Source of the DNA: Eledone cirrhosa
Lineage: Eukaryota
Direction of reading: 5' to 3'
DNA length: 64,000 bases
Assembly: GCA_964016885.1 (NCBI GenBank)
Contig: OZ024741.1
Coordinates: 134,354,001-134,418,000 of the forward strand
Part shown: piece after piece, positions 59,664 to 64,000 of the stretch
Numbering within the stretch: the stretch's first letter is position 1
Layout: each line of letters opens with the position of its first letter
Program-made: the position numbers and the translations under genes
Notes under the pieces: generated by a model
The model's input: only the letters and a program-made list of their open reading frames with translations
Database searches by the model: none
Told to the model about the DNA's origin: nothing

Positions 59664-61234
59664 TTAAAGAATAAAAAATAATGTTAAAATAATATATTTT
59701 TTAAAATGAGGCCCCCAAGCATGTTTAGCCCTCAGCTATAGGTAAATCCAGCACTGCAGGGATGGGGAAGGTAAGTGAAACGACTCTGCAGGATGAGAAT
59801 GGGTGAGTATCAAGATATGGGGAGGTGTACAGGCAGGGAAGAATAAAAATTTATACAGTCTCGTGTCCTCTAGATGTGTAGTTAAAAAGTTTATTTCAAA
59901 CTCATTTGTACTGATTTACAGGTAACCCCTTGTCCCATTCAACAGAAAAAAAATGTAGCTATCCAGTGATTGATTAGTCAAGCATATTGGAAAACTATAA
60001 CCAACATGTTCACAAATTGTGTTATGATATAAGCAAAAATGAGAACACAAAATATGCTTTTCTTCAAGATACTAGTAAATATTTAAACTTAAATATGTTG
60101 CAAACAAAGTAAGGAGTGGACTAAATGTTTGAAAGAACTCATTTGATCATTATAATCTTATCAGAAGTAGAAACAATTATAATCTTATCAGAAGTAGCAA
60201 TATAATAACTTCCACCTCCCAGCCTCCACCATTTCAATACCCCAACCTCCACTCACCCACATACCATATCAGCAATTGCTATATAAAAATTTCAACATCC
60301 CAGCCATTCATATACCATATCAGAAATAGCCAGATAATAACTTCATCCAAGCTTCCACCTCACCCATATACCATATCTGAAATAGCTACTGTATTTTCCG
60401 CTGCCAAAGACACTTCGTCTTCGAGGATGCACCCTAATTTTAGCAACCAAAAATTTGAAAAAAAATAAACAACCTTCGGCCTCTGGGACACATGGTAAAT
60501 TCTTGAAACTTATTTTAGGAAAAAAGTGGTGTTTTCAACACTGGGGAATATGGTATATAATAACTTCATCCTAGCCTCCACCTCACTCATATATCATATC
60601 AGGCACACCTATTTAATAACTTCAACATCTCAGCCTCCACCTCACCCACTTCAACACCCCTGCCTCAACCTTACGCATATACCATATCACGCACACATAT
60701 AATTACTTTAACATTCCAAGCCCCACTTCACCAACATACCATAATCTCATATCTGTTATCGACATGTCCTAGTCATCTATTTATAATTTTTGGTGACATT
60801 TAAAAGTTATTTCAGTAAATCTTTTATCAGTCAGCCTAAGATCTCAAATTGTTTAGCAACTTCGGAGTCACCCATTCAACATTTGTTAAAAGAATTCCAC
60901 CCAGTTTTCTAACATATCATCTAAATAGCTACCTATGACAAATACCTTGTTAATTTCTGGCTAATTATTACAAGCCAGTCATTCTTTTAAAATGGCTAGC
61001 CATTAGAAATTTTTTCAAAATAAAACCTACTTCCTTGAACACCCAGTCCAGTAGAAGCGGTAGACACCATAGACGCCACCCATACACTAACTCTTAATGC
61101 CCTGCACTGTTTTTAGATACTTTCTAAATGATAACAGGATGTTAATAGATAAGTAATAAAGAAATATATTTCTACCATAATCTGAATAAATTCACTGTGT
61201 AAATAACATAAGGAACATCTTTCATAAATTTGTC

Positions 61235-61880
61235 AGCCGCTCTCTAGCTATCTATTTAAGGCTGTACATGGCTATGGTGCGGCCACACTTAGAATTTGCA
61301 TCACCAATCTGGAACCCCTATCTTGCTCAGAACAGTGACCGCCTGGAAACTGTTCAGAGATGTGCAACCAAGCGAATACCCTCCATCAGGCATCTACCAT
61401 ACTCTGAACGCCTTGCTTCCCTGGGCATGGATACATTGAAGTTCCGACGCCTGGCAACTGACTTGGTAAACACCCACAAAATTATTAACCATCTTGCCAA
61501 CAACAACCCTGAGCACCTTTTTGATCTCCATGTGTCTAACACACGTGGACATGCCCACAATGTCAAAAAACAGCACAGTTCCCATGACTTTCGGAAACAT
61601 TTTTTCACGCTCAGAGTTGCTGAAGCATGGAACAAACTACCTGCATCGGTTGTTAGCTGTCGAGACACTGCATCCTTTAAAACCGTCATGCTTCCCGAGA
61701 TTCGCCAACACTACACCTAATGTTCCCCCATACACATGCACACATGTATATCATGACTCATACACTATTCACTTCCCTGACATTTGTATATTATTCTATA
61801 TACTATACATGCACCTTTGACGAGTTGTAGTGCACCTGAGCACTGTACACAATATTTTCATTAATATTATTATTATTATT
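61235..61880 (+). mobile_element. CR1-clade LINE 3' end with (ATT)n tail
   Basis: ORF 61268..61720 MVRPHLEFASPIWNPY...YSERL...NTRGH...FFTLRVAEAWNKLP, followed by 3'UTR and (ATT)n. Confidence 0.92.
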
Positions 61881-62058
61881 CAGTATCAGTAGAGGGTCGG
61901 ACATGCTTTCCAGCATAGATACGTCCCTTTACGATCTGAGTTCAAATCCCGCCGAGGTTAACTTTGCCTTTCATCCATACGGGGTCGATAAAATAAAGTA
62001 CCAGTAATGTACTGGGTAATTGCTGGCCTTGTGCCAAAAGTAGAAACAATTATTATTA
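61881..62058 (+). mobile_element. Same SINE family, adjoining the CR1 (ATT)n tail
   Basis: Near-identical to the reverse complement of 7491-7667; ends GTAGAAACA(ATT)n. Confidence 0.88.
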
Positions 62059-62564
62059 TACCTCTCACACAAACACACATACATACATACATACAGACAG
62101 ACACACAAAGACAAGCAGAAAGACACACACAAAAACAGAAAGACCCACAGACATGCACACAGACAGAGAGACATTCCAACTTTGTAGCAGGCAGTGACAT
62201 ATATAATGAAAAGTAGACACTGATATTGCGAACTTGGTTCACCAAAAGCCTTTGTCTCTACTGAATAAATGATTCAGTGGATTTAATAGAACAAAAGTAT
62301 ATACAACAAATTCAACAACACCTAATTGGCAAAAACAGACTTGAAAGAAAGTGAAATCATGAAATATGTTGTTATAATTATTTCTAATTATATATGTTAT
62401 AACAGATGATGTAATCTATTAATTAAAACTTCTGTATTATAGAATCCACACAGCTATTCCTCCTATTGATGTTGATAATAAAAGATAAAGATTCCTTAAC
62501 TAATAACAATTATAAATGTATGATGTGGTATTCATGCATTTCCCAAGAATATTTAACACATTAA

Positions 62565-62760
62565 CCCTTTACATTATATTTACTATTGTATTTTCGTGGT
62601 AAAGGCTTTATCGCACATAATATCGAAGCTATGAGATTTTGATATCATTTATTTTGAGAACAATACCATAACATCAGTATGAGTGGCCTGTTATGGCCAG
62701 TTTGAAGAGAAAGAGGTGAGAGAATTCTGGCCGGATACGGCCGGTTTAAATGCTTAAGTG
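62565..62760. mobile_element. piggyBac-type MITE, second copy
   Basis: TTAA flanks; internal sequence homologous to 59447-59663. Confidence 0.75.
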
Positions 62761-64000
62761 TTAAATAAAACAGTTGGAACAATGTATTGATAAATGCGAT
62801 TATTGGAGCACTTTGGCTGCCTCATGCATCTCAAGACACGGGAGCTTCTAAGTCTAAGTAAATAAATTAGTTACAACAGCAAATCTAAACTGTGTAATGG
62901 AGTTGTCACAGACTGGTTAGTACTCAAGAGAAGCTCAGCCCTAGGTGGGCTGGTAAGGGTAATGCAAAACACTAGGTGTTAGGTGTATTTGTGATGAGGT
63001 TCTTGAGGTTTGAAGCTTTCAGATTTCAATGTGTCTTTCTTTATTTTTTTGTGTGCCCAGTGAATATGATGGGTTAAAAAGGGGTGAAACTGGTGGTTTA
63101 AGTAGAAAGTGTGTGTTTTTTATTTTGTGTTTTCGCCTGATTAGTGTAACATTATCAGGTTTATAATACTAATGCATATTAAACAGTTGTAATCATCATT
63201 ATTGTAAGAAAGTTCAATTCCCGCCGAAGTTAACTTTGCCTTTCATCCTTACGGGGTCGATAAAATAAAGTACCAGTAATACACTTGGTAATTGCTGGCC
63301 TTGTGCCAAAAGTAGAAACAATTATTGTAAGAAAGTTTATCTTTCATTGAGTATGTAAAAGTCCTTATCTATCAGTGTGAAGGCACGTGGCTTAGTGGTG
63401 AGCATGTTCAGCTTACAGTCATAAGGTCACAAGTTTGATTATTGGCATCGCATTGTGACTTTCAGCAAAAAGCTTTATTTCACGTTGTTCCAGTTCATTC
63501 AGCTGGAAAATAATTAGTTGTAGCTGTGATCCAAATGGTTAGCCATGTCACACACTGTGAAATTCTCAACCACTTGCATGTTAATTTCACAAGGAGGTTG
63601 TCCTGTTGATCAAGTAACTGGAACACTCATCGGGATCAATTGAAATCCAACAAAAAAATAACTATGAGGTTGTTGTTTAACCCTAAATCAATTCCAGTTG
63701 AGCAGACTGATGATCAAAAGCTTTCCATCTTTTTTTCCAGACAGTGTACCTAGGACTACATTGTCTAATGTGTTCTGTAAAGTATTAGACTATGTTGTGG
63801 GAGACATTTAGCTGCTATTTCTAGCAGATCGAAGAATGCTATAGAGCAAAATTATCAAACCCATTTTTTACTATAAACCACAGCAAGAACTACCTTTTGT
63901 AATGTAGCCCCATTTTCTGAGAATTTTGTATTGTGGCTGAATGGAGCCCCTCCAAAGGGTCTTCAAAGTAATGTAAATCAATAGAGTGCATAGCTCAGAG

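Overview
AT-rich, repeat-dense animal genomic DNA. The SINE families, (TA)n/(ATG)n microsatellites and RTE/Penelope content suggest an octopod cephalopod; this is an inference from recalled repeat families. Two spliced host genes on the minus strand were reconstructed by hand. The first is a complete 8-coding-exon aldo-keto reductase (294 aa, 36347->23192, D-Y-K-H tetrad intact). The second is three exons of a TMEM106B-like gene (56133->52729), whose middle exons probably lie in the 200-N gap. Mobile DNA fills the rest: a full-length GC-rich Ty3/gypsy LTR element (15240-19390, CCACT TSD), a DD37D (maT) transposon, a non-autonomous Helitron with a ~370-bp-arm hairpin inside the first AKR coding intron, RTE, CR1 and CRE LINE fragments (one RTE with a 5' inversion), two decayed Penelope-like elements, hammerhead ribozyme motifs, hAT/piggyBac MITEs and many tRNA-derived SINEs. 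The most unusual signal is a 196-bp (TA)n-embedded element present twice. Its 118-nt terminal hairpin differs between the copies by 8 compensatory double substitutions. No CRISPR, rRNA or bona fide tRNA gene was seen. Boundaries of decayed repeats are approximate.
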